From IMG/VR virus record IMGVR_UViG_3300032290_001086: a stretch of 64,000 bases of DNA; one strand, given 5' to 3'. Shown piece by piece: positions 36,201 through 45,726 of this stretch. The notes under the pieces are model-generated. The model was given only the letters and a program-made list of their open reading frames with translations. It was not told the DNA's origin and ran no database searches. This DNA comes from a virus. Lineage: Duplodnaviria; Caudoviricetes. The translations under genes and the position numbers were made by a program. Numbering within the stretch: the stretch's first letter is position 1; every line of letters starts with the position of its first letter.

Positions 36201-37662
36201 AATTGAAATACGTTCTATTGGGCATTTTGTAAAACTTGATTCTATAACTTCTAATATTGCTGGTAATACTACATTTAATTTAAGATTGAATGGAACTCCA
36301 TATTATCCAAATGGAACTATTGAAAGACCAAGAAAACATGAGAATCAATTAATTGTATATAAAGATGGAAATATTCAAAGTCCTTTATATGATTATTATG
36401 TTGACAATGATAAATTAATTTTTATAAATCCTTTCACTGCGTCTAAGTTAGTAATATTAGATTATGTTGGTACATATAAAGATGTAGAAATTACTGATAC
36501 CAACTATACAATATCAGTTGGAGATAAAATTCAACTTGGTGGTGAATTTGAAAGTAGAAAAGTTACTGAAATAGTATCCCCAACAATATTAAAAACTGAA
36601 ACTTATACAGGAAGAAAAGCATCTGGTTTTTCTGCTATTGCGGCTGTCAATTCTAGTTCTAGAAAACTTACTGGTATTACCATCATATCAGGTGGAAGTG
36701 GTTATAGTTATCCCGTGATATTAAGAACTAAGGGTATCGGAATTAGTGCAAAAGCAGTAGCAAATGTTGATCAAATTAAAGGTAACGCAATAACTACTCC
36801 AGTAACAATTGAATATAATGGAAGAAATCTATTTGGAACTCCATCTCTAATTCCAACTACATATGGATATGTGTATAATAAAAATATTCTTGAATCATCA
36901 TCGGTATCAATTTCTACTATATTAAGAACTTCGCTTAATAATTCTTCTGAAATTATTAAATTAAGAAATTGCTTAAACTTCCCTCAAAATCCTCCTGTAA
37001 TCGAAGTAGTAACATTATTAGGATATCCTGGAGGCTCTGGTGCTGTTTTCAGAGCATTTGTAAGCAAAAATAGAATACGAAAGGTTGAAGTTGTTAGTGG
37101 AGGAAGTGGGTATAATGAAAAATATACCGTATTAAATGTTACTGGTGGTGGAGGATTTGGTTGTCTATTAGTTCCTACTATTAATACTACCACAGGAGAA
37201 ATACTATCTGTTTCAGTTAAAAATGAAGGAGAAAGCTATGACACATTTAAAGCAATAATTTATGATGATACAAATACTATTCAATCTGAAACTATAGAAT
37301 ATACCTATAGTTCTCATATTAGTAATACAATAGTTGTAACAAATTACACTGGCAACGGAACTACAACAGTAACTGCATCTGTTGCTTCCACCTCTGGATT
37401 TACAATTGGTGATATAATTACTATTTCTGGTGCTTCTGGAACTCAGCAAGAAAAGTTGAATGGAAGTTGGTTAATTGCATCAGTAAATACTAGTAACAAT
37501 ACATTCACATTTGTTGTAAATTCTTCAGTAACTTCTGGAATATATTCAGAAGATTTGGGAGTAAGTACACGAACTGTTGATACATTATTTGGTTGTACAA
37601 GATCATCTTCTCCAATTAGTCATGATTTGAACTCCAAAATTTATTCTGATAATTATCTATAA
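27199..37662 (+). CDS. g7: baseplate wedge initiator gp7-like giant virion protein with YHYH-type domain and repeated beta modules
   Basis: N-terminal QFP.FV..FL..YY, FY.SKGS..SHKILFR; HSQIIGWAYDGNPIYG..LDEYNGRYCITPEFPNGTYAYF; YYQDWSY; lies between g6 and g8. Confidence 0.8.
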   Translation: MRNLEENLVDLSTLIGSQFPSFVSQNNRKFISFLTSYYESLESKYQPLDVISNLLDYYNIKNFTATELTEYTELQSAVSLTDTIITAASTKGFPANNGYIKINGEIIFYRSKTLTTFNGCVRGTSAFVLETVPSTNVILQDSELNLDTKTKIHQHSVGDKVENIASTFTSEFLRRVTAEISPNLPKKLVSDLNLSSFLTQVKSFYTSKGSLNSHKILFRILFNDKKIKLRVRNRGRGAKIVLTNYSGGVGFQLPDILKTNTQNVSVGAIKIYLNSVDNIEVNDQVINTSLQEETIVLSKNTTENSITINNPAKFTIPSSSQIKIVRIVGYSIINGGQDYDNRKDSFGNLINPPKIEVIGSGFGIKNDTTNIIPQTATVKVTDIDSSGAITQINIFNRGISYVGPITCRVSERTFNQDQIVYNESNTGSGRVEFWDAGSNELTLYNTSGYFRVDDELIGEGFEEPRAFISKAYPRTDINRKGNPSVQIISLDPELEFPKNNTIKPSSSTYYGKKIIHGKIVKNNLYKTVNNTVVIPRLLSIIQQQDLESGIKGVNLEVTEFSNISTDIFEFSIEANADYKNIVAVPSTKVVIERTGTYSLIFGGIKFETITVDDATGFPLEQGYIFIDGRVFFYQSRSANQFFNCVYVSDYTNSFVIPVNTEVYAYGKNTKTIPFNANEPIKEGDYRYVGNYYYIALNSGTTSIASPSHTSGVRNIDGILWEYKGKNLIPYFLDIYTDGDFTQEPVQILPLGLISDVTVESTGSLYSSTSYEFNSTLENKITLPSITSWNLNLDFTITSSTLPSYENTTGVNSVYVYDGFSYVTSSGIPPYLQSIVGRKNCYNQKLLRRIPISVQKGKGVITESKRNVGITIDGIEIQSPKGNKINYGYLNKIFIGNPGNYKVPISSSGGYTQFNYLKYPVILVEGSNTVLTNTSTRTLLYISSSLSKVDITKLSTSVLTGYTSKPRIEIINNNPANVKTFNESNLDTFFSLVNITNHGFTTGEKITFTSSIEEIGQLRNNFIYYVGDITNNSFRLYFNKDDAVEGGNTFVSFRNNFTILNLTGAIKTDTRNPVDFEQIDLDLSFNETTNIIDNIIIKNPGKGYLNSPTIRIVGGGKNAQTLPLATADADIFTFRGELISGANFDKDNKQEIDVYGLITTRFRTTPRLTISAGSNASFTVFTANGSITSVPIDNAGLYYFTEPSVQIDGVGTGAILRARNDVSTGRITSIDIINPGTGYTISPVVRIIPSGSGGSASAELRSWTFNLSNRLTSDDYGGYLYNVTDDDPKPTNTPSDTLLIPHLNKNNLPTALFDAQYLILKSTTNLNNFYNVSSASHSQIIGWAYDGNPIYGKYAYSSEFDTTSNIVKMTTSWKLRTTRVGGHTTSQYPLGVFVEDYEYVKDYGTLDEYNGRYCITPEFPNGTYAYFVTDEFPYFVGLEYYSTLDQFNICSDRRNDKVPSKFTRINQQLNSYYPKEFKTTSRSIVNVNKITPGGVDKIVVEAGGSNYKIGDKLIVNNRETKGSSAAGYVSRIKGKNILDYALLSLQDEGENSVNYVEVTTQSSHGLALGDTVYFDFAKDQTVYQNITLQGNTVFLNRAKNVKINTAFTSNAIFYYDIEGQLVYMDSNAIKFESDGIKIKTDLIPEILYLLVNTNLYEVRAIDYAIKGPQEVIKIISYNKFRVLKPTDFSEEGIDEIFYTTDSINTIGEIYTASISNSGSNYISLPEISGVSSNTGSGALLQFDSNTIGQLKKFNYSIVGEKFTTNKTIQYDLDIPYVAKILGNFEIYEVEIVYGGVDYISTDKIKVNGQINPNFEFNVIANRGTILSVEVIRGGFNLTSIPTLTVDSLTGTGAVLTAKIRRKRIFANDILKLGNNTNESTASIKNFDPYGSTLEFKVLSGEVQEFDTVYTSDGFPYGKIAHIRKASASARSNSYSSIAPEFLNNYGFLNDSTQKILDSNYYQDWSYTLSSQQNITDWKPEVENNTHAAGFKVFGKKAIQSRKSRFERTEDIVKSSVVFSANFWSSATTPVNLGLKLSKCTEQYIAITRIDGFNVGDYIYGASSGAKGKISSIEENYMEVQLIAGIEFEIGEYVSTVTIDFINGIDEETKSSLLFYSGILQQPFVAYSVSDTNIIPKFIVNDEDELTLYTIQGKFDVLDVYAANTGSTIPLTAIGLPFTPANKQHLLISVNGIVQNTSDITLNGNIITITESLSRGSRCFILHTNTLNQLILTRVNSTTYTINYTPSTSQQLVLFVRGVGQSHLLTDYTVSGNQITLSESIEGEIFGWFINEPVTAQRILAQDLNDRKILDSRNCTIARVTEFIESSKIDYDYGRDSIYEVNKQLIDGTLVSDSDNQTVFGFDTKFKLTTPEYSSSYGEVINPIVFNGVNTTYAMTFSDGKPYTPKNGKNSVIVNVDNKVLDSTQYNISGSNITFSTVYSSSNYCTVTDYISSHIVNDGNLSSAKLDDLQVSFNGTRKTFNLSYKGVPQYVRNTTDVFTIKNNLFLIPDTTSHTVAQNKITLTQAPTSSDNIKFAYFNRQLGLTPNTNLIIDPIQTFDGNLDTFPITIDGVLFTPVSVYNLYVIRSGVYQRPNIDFTTSTSNITFSQAPVTGEEIIIFYSYNNLNINQYLTDFISNGSSSTVNLGMIPPNEDDLFVLRNGVFQNPLIDFTLSSSNLTFTTPLISGEPIFIMYTTASIKIGVTSAVNNTIVLNTMDYNTHINGVLSQIQSMILYVNGVPKIYNKDYTISGTTITLLGPAIDSTTTVFVIKYPNLTFVDDIEYFPDGNRTRFKLLYNGQNLTQSEILSDADILISKNGIILDPGTQYNINVARTFVDFTIAPLANDNLVAIKMNNSVHVPLTLVNGNTYSTTANITSYNLKNVVIFSNNTWKFYDAGDFTYNFTNSRFTLSSSHTTGVLFGIIFDGDFKYLDQLNTPFNGTNNLFNMFIGEENFIPDTYTSLTPVASNIVINKNGKILDPGVEYTLNGTIGSQVQFSVAPISSDKIEIRSIGHFVKLDSITSNIAGNTTFNLRLNGTPYYPNGTIERPRKHENQLIVYKDGNIQSPLYDYYVDNDKLIFINPFTASKLVILDYVGTYKDVEITDTNYTISVGDKIQLGGEFESRKVTEIVSPTILKTETYTGRKASGFSAIAAVNSSSRKLTGITIISGGSGYSYPVILRTKGIGISAKAVANVDQIKGNAITTPVTIEYNGRNLFGTPSLIPTTYGYVYNKNILESSSVSISTILRTSLNNSSEIIKLRNCLNFPQNPPVIEVVTLLGYPGGSGAVFRAFVSKNRIRKVEVVSGGSGYNEKYTVLNVTGGGGFGCLLVPTINTTTGEILSVSVKNEGESYDTFKAIIYDDTNTIQSETIEYTYSSHISNTIVVTNYTGNGTTTVTASVASTSGFTIGDIITISGASGTQQEKLNGSWLIASVNTSNNTFTFVVNSSVTSGIYSEDLGVSTRTVDTLFGCTRSSSPISHDLNSKIYSDNYL

Positions 37663-37706
37663 TAAATAGACAAAGAACTAACAAACAAATTTAGGGACTA
37701 CAAATA

Positions 37707-39314
37707 ATGCCAGCATTAGTAACTGACAATTTCAGAGTCTTTGCCGCAGAGCAATTTATTGAGTCATTGGAAGAACCATATAATAGTTTACAAAATCCAG
37801 TAGCAGATGAATTGAGTGCTGCGGCGCAAAAATATAGAAGTAAAATTTATTTATTTATTGGTCGTTCGTATAATTGGAATGCAGAAAAATATGATGGAAT
37901 TTCATCGGTTGATGAATTTAATCCACCAGATCCAGTAGATTCATATGATGAAGTAAGTGAAATTTATGACGATATGATTTCACTCAAGAGAGTTACTAGA
38001 AGTGATGTTTCTCAAGTTATTAGAAGAAGAACTTGGCAGGCTAATACTGTATATGATATGTACAGAAATAATTATAGTCCTTCAAATTTATCAGCAACTG
38101 GACAATCAAAACTGTATGATTGTCAATTTTATGTAATGAACAGTAACTATGATGTATATAAGTGTATTTACAATGGACAGAATCCAGAATATCCAAATGG
38201 AAGACCTTGTACATTAGAGCCAACAGGAAATAGCACAAGTATTATTGATAATGTTTCAGTTGATGGGTATAAGTGGAAATATATGTATACATTATCAATT
38301 TCAGATTATATTAAATTCGTATCTACAGATTTTATTCCAGTAAAAACAAATACTACTGTGCAATCTGCTGCTGTAGATGGTGCAATTAATCAAGTAGTAA
38401 TTAAACAAAGAGGATTATCAATTTCTGCTGGTACATATTATGCTCCAGTTATTGGAGATGGTGGACTTGGAAATAATGACACAAAAGCTATTGTTCGTAT
38501 TGTGGTCCCAGCATCAGGAACTAATAATCAAACAATAGATGTTGCTGAAATTTATCAAGCTGGAAGTGGTTATACATATGGAAAAATTGATTTAGAAGAA
38601 TGTTACACTACTGAAGCTGCAGCGTTAGCAAGAAACGTAGCAAAAACAAGTATTGGAACTTCTGGAAGCATTGAGGTAATAATTTCTCCACCAGGAGGTC
38701 ATGGTTCTAATGTTGTCAAAGAACTTGGTGCTTATCGTGTAATGGTACATAAGAGTTTAGACTTCTTAGATGGTAATGGTGATATTCCAGTTGATATGGA
38801 ATTTAGAAGATTTGGACTAATTTCAGATCCTCAAACTACAGCAGATATAGATTACATTGAAAATACTGCTACAGTATGTAAAGCCATCAAGTTCCCATCA
38901 ATTTCTACTAAAAATTTCTTAAACGGAGAAATAATTCGTCAATCTTCTACTGGAGCAAGAGGAAGAGTTATTCACTGGGACTCAACTACTAAAATTCTTA
39001 GATACTATCAAAATGAATATATCAGTGCTACTCAAACTAGTAGCCCAACAGTAAATAATCCAGATCTGAACAAAAATAAATCAATTCCTTTTTCTGGAGA
39101 AAACGAAATTACTGGATTGACTAGCAATATAACACTAACTCCAGATATTACTTCTGCAGGTACTGTTACTTTATCTGGTATTTCTTTTGTTACTGGATAT
39201 GCAAATAGTGAAATTAAAAAGTACAGTGGTGAAATTCTTTACGTAGAGAATAGAAAGGCAGTAATTAGATCTAATGACCAGATTGAAGACGTAAAACTTG
39301 TTCTAGAATTTTAA
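37707..39314 (+). CDS. g8: baseplate wedge subunit gp8
   Basis: MPALVTDNFR, YVMNS.Y.VYKCIYN, DGYKWKYMYT, SGEILYVENR..QIEDVKLVLEF. Confidence 0.92.
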   Translation: MPALVTDNFRVFAAEQFIESLEEPYNSLQNPVADELSAAAQKYRSKIYLFIGRSYNWNAEKYDGISSVDEFNPPDPVDSYDEVSEIYDDMISLKRVTRSDVSQVIRRRTWQANTVYDMYRNNYSPSNLSATGQSKLYDCQFYVMNSNYDVYKCIYNGQNPEYPNGRPCTLEPTGNSTSIIDNVSVDGYKWKYMYTLSISDYIKFVSTDFIPVKTNTTVQSAAVDGAINQVVIKQRGLSISAGTYYAPVIGDGGLGNNDTKAIVRIVVPASGTNNQTIDVAEIYQAGSGYTYGKIDLEECYTTEAAALARNVAKTSIGTSGSIEVIISPPGGHGSNVVKELGAYRVMVHKSLDFLDGNGDIPVDMEFRRFGLISDPQTTADIDYIENTATVCKAIKFPSISTKNFLNGEIIRQSSTGARGRVIHWDSTTKILRYYQNEYISATQTSSPTVNNPDLNKNKSIPFSGENEITGLTSNITLTPDITSAGTVTLSGISFVTGYANSEIKKYSGEILYVENRKAVIRSNDQIEDVKLVLEF

Positions 39315-39360
39315 ACTAAATAATATCGAGGAACGTACTAAACTCTGAAGGTTTAAATAC

Positions 39361-42300
39361 ATGCAAAATACTAAGACTAATTTATCTCCATATTTTGATG
39401 ATTTTGATAGATCTAAAAACTATCAAAGAGTACTCTTCAAGCCAGGAACTTCAGTTCAATCGAGAGAACTAACTACACTACAAAGTATTTTACAAAATCA
39501 AATTGAACGATTTGGTCAGCATGTATTTAAAGAAGGATCTGTAGTAATTCCTGGTCAGGTTGGGTACGATCTATTATATAATGCTGTATTAATTCAGCCA
39601 TTAATTATTGGAAATAGTGTAGAAAATATTAGAGAATCTTTAGTAGGAAAAACTTTAAGAGGAACCCTTTCAAACGTAAAGGCAAAAGTAGTTAATACAA
39701 TTAGTGCAGAAGAATCAGAAAAAAATTATATTACATTTTATGTAAAATATACAGCATCTGGAAATATTGTAAATAATGTACAACAGACAAAATTTCAAAA
39801 TAATGAAGTTTTGGTAGATGAAAATAATAATCAAGTAGCAGTTACTGCGGTAAGAAATGCTAGTGATTATACTGGTAGTGCAGCATTCATTACTAATGGA
39901 GTATATTTTATCCGAGGATTTTTTGTAGAAGTACCAGAGCAAAATATAATTTTAGATCAATATAGTAATCTTCCAAGATATAAAGTTGGATTGGATGTAA
40001 TAGAAAGCATTATTACTGCAGAAGAAGATAGTACAATATATGATAATGCAGTAGGTTCTTCAAATTTTTCTGCTCCTGGTGCAGATAGATTACAAATTAG
40101 AACAATATTTACTAAAAAAGATTTTAATTTTAACGATACCTCTTCATTCGTTGAACTTTTACGTTTTGACGGAGAAAAAGTAATTCCAGTTACAAAACTG
40201 GCAGAAAATTCTGTGTATGCAGAATTAGAAAAAAATCTAGCAAGAAGAACATATGATGAATCTGGTAATTATACAATTAAAGGATTTAATTTAAAAATTA
40301 GAGAAACTTATAATAATGGTGAAAATAATGGGGTTTATAATTTTAATGAAGTAACTCCAACAGGGGAGAAAGTTTTAAATAGAATTCCAAATCAAACTGA
40401 TGGTTTGGCTATTGATGGTAGAGATTACTATACAGTAGAAATTTCTCCAGGTAAAGCATACATCAAAGGATATGAAATTGATAATAGAGATAAAAAATAT
40501 TTAACCATTCCAAAACCAAAGAAATCTTCATCTGTAAATAATAGAGGTATTGTATCTTCATATGGTACATATTTTGAATTAAATACTTCTAGTATTAGAG
40601 GTATAGTTCAACCAGGAAATACCGTATTTGTAAAAAGTACTACAAATAATGTAGATACAACTTTAGGAAAAGCAAGAGTTTTATCTTTATTAGCTGATGG
40701 AAAATTATTTGTTATTGATTTAACTTTATATGTCATAATTACGGTAAATGTAAATCTTCAGAATACTTTACAAGTAGGAGATTTCATTATTAGTAATCAA
40801 GGTGCTCAAGGAATTATTGAATCAGTTAGCCCTGGAACTTCAAATAGCACAATTACTTTACGACAAGTAACAGGAACTTTCTATCAAGGTAATACTATTA
40901 AAAATAGTAGAAATACTACTACATATTCAATCGCTAGTGTAAAAGCAAATAAAATTGAAGAAGCTTCAAAAGTAACATCAACCTCATATAATTTTACTGC
41001 AAATCTTGCATTGGAGCAAGTAAGTTTAAGTGGAACAAGTTTTAGAGTTAATAATAATGTCTTGACTGGAAGTTCAACGAATTTTCAAAATGAAATAACA
41101 ACTCCAATGAAGGTATTAATTGGGGATACAATTTCCATTGCGGTCACAAAAGGAGCTGAATCCTTAACTTTAGATAATACTGCAACAAATGGAACTTATT
41201 ACAATGTTAAGAAGTTAGTCCCTACATTAAAGAATTTAAACCCAACTCAATTCTTAAAAATTTTAGATACTGCTATTAAGTCTACATCTGACTTTACATA
41301 CTATAGAACAGTTACTGAAGTTAAAGTAGTAGATGTAGGAGGAATATTTACAATTTCTCCTACAGAAGATGTTACATTAGTAACAGAAGGAATTTTAGTT
41401 ACTAATGTAAATGGAATAGTTGCTCATGCTGCTACGTTAATAAGCTCATCTAGTATGAGAATTCAAGTTGCATCTAATCTACAAGGAACTGAAGTATTTG
41501 TAACGTATAAGAAAAGAATTAATAATCCTTCATTAAGAACAAAAACAGCAAGAAAATTTAAGTTCTTACAAGTTTCAAAAAGTATTACAGATTCTGCAGT
41601 TTATGGAACTAGACTAGTTGATAATGAAATTTCATTGAAATTTCCAGACGTATATAAAATTCATGCCATTCATGAAGCAACTAGATCAGATATCCAACAA
41701 ACAGAATTTATTGATAATATTTCAGTAAACGATTCAAGTGATATTAATCCTGGAGATATATTAACCAAGGATGATATTTCTGCAAAGGTAATTTCCAAAG
41801 ATGGTTTAAAGTTATACGTAAAATATGCTAATGAAACTAAAAAATTTCCTGTAGGAAGTAATTTAGCTATTCAGATTGTAGTATCTACTAACAGACAAGT
41901 TACAGGTAGATATATAACATCTTCAGTATATGGAAAATATAGAGATATTACAAGTAGTTTTCACCTAGTTAAAAATGATTCTGGAGAAGCATATAATGTA
42001 TCAAAATTAGTAAGAACTACAAATAGTCCAACACCTATTAATAAATTTGTTGTAATCTATGATTATTTTGAACATTTTAATAATACTAATGATTTTTATA
42101 CCGTAAATTCTTATAGTATTCAAGAAGTTAATTATGAAAATATAACTCTAACCTCAGATGGATACCCTTATACTGATATTGTAGATTTCAGACATGAAGT
42201 TCAAAGTGGATCTACTTCTGGAGGTACACTAGAATCTCCATATGAAGAAAATACTTCAGCATTGGATTACTATTCCATTCCTAGAATAGTTACTTCATTC

Positions 42301-45300
42301 TCATATCCTGGAGAAGTTATAAGTTTAGATTATGATTGTTATCTGGGAAGAATTGATAAACTTTATATTGATGAAAATGGTCAACTAACAGTCATCAAAG
42401 GAGCAGATTCATTAACTCCTAAAGAACCAAATGAAGTATCAGATAATTTACTAATCTCCACAATTAGTATACCACCATATATGAAAAATGTATATGATGT
42501 TAAAGTGAAATTTGAAACTAATCCAAGATATACTATGAAAGATATTTCAGTTCTGGAATCTAGAATTAGAACTATCGAAGATACTACATCATTGAACCTA
42601 TTAGAAGTAAATACTAATACTCTTAATATTACAGATGCAGATGGAAATAATAGATTTAAAAACGGATTTGTAGCTGATAATTTTAAGTCTCTTAATTTTG
42701 CAGATATGAATAATCCTAGTTATTCTGCATCTATTGACATTGAAAAGGGTGAGATGAGACCATATCCTTATATTAACAATGTCAACTTAGATTATGATGA
42801 AAGTATATCTACTACTTTAAAAGTAGGAACGACAGTAACTCTACCATTTACAGAAATTTTATATGCAATTCAGGATTATGCAAGTAGAGTAGAAAATTTA
42901 CAACCATTTGAAACTGTAAACTGGACTGGAGAAATCACAGTTACTCCAGATAGAGATGTATGGTTTGATACCATCCGAACTCAAGGAGAAGCTCAAGAAT
43001 TAGACTTAGAAACTCCATTTAGAGCACTATTAGATGCTAGTGGTGGCGTTGGAGATGTTTGGGGAGAGTGGGAAACTAATCAAATTAATCAAAACCGAGG
43101 CTGGGGCTGGGGCTGGGGCGGTTGGTGGTGGAACTGGTGGGGTTGGGGCGGCGGTCCTACATTCTCTGAAACCCAGACTAGAGATGGAAGAAGAAATACA
43201 TTTACTCCAACAAATCAAGATATTCAATTGGGTGATACATTCAATGGAATGACAAACATTAGATTTGCAAGATCTAGAATTATTGATTTTCTTGCAGAGA
43301 AAATGAAGCCAGAAACATTCTTCTACTTCTTTGCTGATGGAAATGCTGCAGATACTATTGTATATCCTAAAGATATGACAGGATTGACTGATAGATCTGG
43401 AACATTTGTAGTTGGGGAAACAGTTAGAATGTATCCATTTGCTACTTTTGGTGCTAATGCTCCATTTATTACAGCAACTGTTGTAGCATCACCATTTGGT
43501 ACTTATGGAACGACTTCAACATATTTAAGTCTTGGAGTTATAAACACTCCAGATTCAAGTCAAGTTAATCCTACAAATATCGGAAGCAATATTATTATTG
43601 TAGGCCAAAATTCTAATGCTACGGGAAGATTACAATTAACTACTCCTAGATTAAAATCTAATGCAGTTGGAGTAATCCGAGCATTTGTATTATTACCACC
43701 AGAAACATATGAGACTGGAGATATTAAATTTGCAGTAAATGACACTCTTCAAACTGAAGTAGGAGGAATTTCTAATTCAAGTGCTGAAACTACATATTCA
43801 ACTGAAGGCACACAAGTTCAACTAACAAGTAATGTATTATCAGTTTCTAGTGCAGAGATTACCAGTACGCCATTACCAACACAAACAAGAACTTTACAAG
43901 CAGCAAATCCTTGGTGGAATCCACCAAATAGAGACCCAATCGCACAATCATTCTTTGTAGAAGAAGAAGGTGGAATCTTTATTTCTTCGATTGAAGTATA
44001 TTTCCAGACTAAGGATAATTCTGTTCCAGTTTCTGTTGAATTGAGAACCATGGAAAATGGTACAATTACAGAAACTGTAATTCCATATAGTGTAGTAACT
44101 CTTTCCGCAAGTCAAGTAACTAGTTCTTCTGATGCAAGACTTGGAACAAGATTTACTTTCCCAAGTCCTGTATATTTAAAGCAGCAAACAAATTATGCTT
44201 TTATTGTAAGAAGTACGTCAAAAAATTATAAAATCTGGGTATCTAGACTTGCTGAACAAGATGTAGCTACTGGAGTTTTCATTGATAAGCAACCATTTAT
44301 TGGATCTTTGTTTAAATCGCAAAATATGGTTACATGGACAGAAGATCAATTTGAAGATATTAAATTTAAACTTTACAGGGCAAAATTTGATACAAATGTA
44401 ACCAAGAAGTGTGTATTAAAAAATATTGCAATTCCTGATATAGATCTTCGTTCAAATCCACTTTCATTTACACAAAATAGCAGCAGCATTACTGTTTTCC
44501 ATTCAAATCATGGTCTACATGGAAATAATAATTTTGTAAAATTATCTGGTGCAATTTCTATTGCTCCTGAAACTACATTAGTAAATGCAATTTCTTCTGG
44601 AAGTCAAGTTGGAGCATTTCAAATTGGTAGTACAAATGATTCTACAGAATGGACAAAAATTAATAATGTAAATATCTCTGCCTCAAATCCAGGATACATT
44701 GTAATTGAAAATGAAATTATTCGTTATAATTTAATTAATGGTAATTTAATTACAATTCCAGATGGAGGAAGAGGACAATTTGGTACTACTGCTTCTCCTC
44801 ATGCTGCAGGATCAACAGTTTATTGTTATAATTTAAATGGAATTCCATTAAATGCACTTAATACAGTACATCAAATCACTGAGGTAATTGATTTAGATAG
44901 TTATAAAATTTCTGTTCCACAAAGAGCGAATACTACTGTAATTTCTGGAGGGAACAATATAAAAGCAAGCAGAAATATTCCTTACGAGCAACTATATGCT
45001 AATGTAAACATGATTGTTCCTGCATCATGTGATGCTAATATGACATTTGATAGTGTAAGAAGTAATAGCATTTATGGTTCTAATACCTCATTTGCTAGAA
45101 TCACAGGTGAATCAATTCAAAATAGAACTACAAAAGAATTAACTGAATCTAGAGCAGTTCTTTCCGAAATTAATAAAGGAACATACTTTTCTAATATTAA
45201 TGGAAGTTTAACAGTCTCTGTTAATCTTTCTACTAATTCAGATAATGTAAGTCCAATTATTGATGTTACTGGTTCTTCTGTAACTACAATTTCAAATAGA

Positions 45301-45723
45301 ATTAGAAAGAAAGTAACTTTAACTGGAGATCTAGATATATCAGAAGAAATTACTCCACTATCTGGAAGAAATGCTTCTTATATCAGTAAAAAAGTTACTC
45401 TTACAAATTCTTCTACATCAGTTAAAGTATTATTTGATGCTATAAGAAAACAAGGACTTGGTGGAGATTATCCAGAAATTAAAGTATTTGCAAAAATTAA
45501 TTCTGATAATAATTTAGGATCTTTTAATAATATTAATTATATTGAACTTCCTGCAATTTCTTATCCGTTCTCAAAAAATTCTACTGAATATAAAGCATTT
45601 GATTTTGAAATTAAGAATTTACCTGAATTTAAAGAATTTTCAGTTAAAATTGTAATGGTAAGTTCAGATCAAGCAAATGTACCTATCATTAAAAACTTTA
45701 GAGCTATAGCATTGGCAGTATGA
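39361..45723 (+). CDS. VrlC-like (DUF4815-type) large virion structural protein
   Basis: PYFDDFD..KNY.RVLFKPG..VQSRELTTLQSILQNQIE, APGADR, LARRTYDESG, RFKNGF, DPIAQSF, GSLFKSQN motifs. Confidence 0.88.
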   Translation: MQNTKTNLSPYFDDFDRSKNYQRVLFKPGTSVQSRELTTLQSILQNQIERFGQHVFKEGSVVIPGQVGYDLLYNAVLIQPLIIGNSVENIRESLVGKTLRGTLSNVKAKVVNTISAEESEKNYITFYVKYTASGNIVNNVQQTKFQNNEVLVDENNNQVAVTAVRNASDYTGSAAFITNGVYFIRGFFVEVPEQNIILDQYSNLPRYKVGLDVIESIITAEEDSTIYDNAVGSSNFSAPGADRLQIRTIFTKKDFNFNDTSSFVELLRFDGEKVIPVTKLAENSVYAELEKNLARRTYDESGNYTIKGFNLKIRETYNNGENNGVYNFNEVTPTGEKVLNRIPNQTDGLAIDGRDYYTVEISPGKAYIKGYEIDNRDKKYLTIPKPKKSSSVNNRGIVSSYGTYFELNTSSIRGIVQPGNTVFVKSTTNNVDTTLGKARVLSLLADGKLFVIDLTLYVIITVNVNLQNTLQVGDFIISNQGAQGIIESVSPGTSNSTITLRQVTGTFYQGNTIKNSRNTTTYSIASVKANKIEEASKVTSTSYNFTANLALEQVSLSGTSFRVNNNVLTGSSTNFQNEITTPMKVLIGDTISIAVTKGAESLTLDNTATNGTYYNVKKLVPTLKNLNPTQFLKILDTAIKSTSDFTYYRTVTEVKVVDVGGIFTISPTEDVTLVTEGILVTNVNGIVAHAATLISSSSMRIQVASNLQGTEVFVTYKKRINNPSLRTKTARKFKFLQVSKSITDSAVYGTRLVDNEISLKFPDVYKIHAIHEATRSDIQQTEFIDNISVNDSSDINPGDILTKDDISAKVISKDGLKLYVKYANETKKFPVGSNLAIQIVVSTNRQVTGRYITSSVYGKYRDITSSFHLVKNDSGEAYNVSKLVRTTNSPTPINKFVVIYDYFEHFNNTNDFYTVNSYSIQEVNYENITLTSDGYPYTDIVDFRHEVQSGSTSGGTLESPYEENTSALDYYSIPRIVTSFSYPGEVISLDYDCYLGRIDKLYIDENGQLTVIKGADSLTPKEPNEVSDNLLISTISIPPYMKNVYDVKVKFETNPRYTMKDISVLESRIRTIEDTTSLNLLEVNTNTLNITDADGNNRFKNGFVADNFKSLNFADMNNPSYSASIDIEKGEMRPYPYINNVNLDYDESISTTLKVGTTVTLPFTEILYAIQDYASRVENLQPFETVNWTGEITVTPDRDVWFDTIRTQGEAQELDLETPFRALLDASGGVGDVWGEWETNQINQNRGWGWGWGGWWWNWWGWGGGPTFSETQTRDGRRNTFTPTNQDIQLGDTFNGMTNIRFARSRIIDFLAEKMKPETFFYFFADGNAADTIVYPKDMTGLTDRSGTFVVGETVRMYPFATFGANAPFITATVVASPFGTYGTTSTYLSLGVINTPDSSQVNPTNIGSNIIIVGQNSNATGRLQLTTPRLKSNAVGVIRAFVLLPPETYETGDIKFAVNDTLQTEVGGISNSSAETTYSTEGTQVQLTSNVLSVSSAEITSTPLPTQTRTLQAANPWWNPPNRDPIAQSFFVEEEGGIFISSIEVYFQTKDNSVPVSVELRTMENGTITETVIPYSVVTLSASQVTSSSDARLGTRFTFPSPVYLKQQTNYAFIVRSTSKNYKIWVSRLAEQDVATGVFIDKQPFIGSLFKSQNMVTWTEDQFEDIKFKLYRAKFDTNVTKKCVLKNIAIPDIDLRSNPLSFTQNSSSITVFHSNHGLHGNNNFVKLSGAISIAPETTLVNAISSGSQVGAFQIGSTNDSTEWTKINNVNISASNPGYIVIENEIIRYNLINGNLITIPDGGRGQFGTTASPHAAGSTVYCYNLNGIPLNALNTVHQITEVIDLDSYKISVPQRANTTVISGGNNIKASRNIPYEQLYANVNMIVPASCDANMTFDSVRSNSIYGSNTSFARITGESIQNRTTKELTESRAVLSEINKGTYFSNINGSLTVSVNLSTNSDNVSPIIDVTGSSVTTISNRIRKKVTLTGDLDISEEITPLSGRNASYISKKVTLTNSSTSVKVLFDAIRKQGLGGDYPEIKVFAKINSDNNLGSFNNINYIELPAISYPFSKNSTEYKAFDFEIKNLPEFKEFSVKIVMVSSDQANVPIIKNFRAIALAV

Positions 45724-45726
45724 TAT

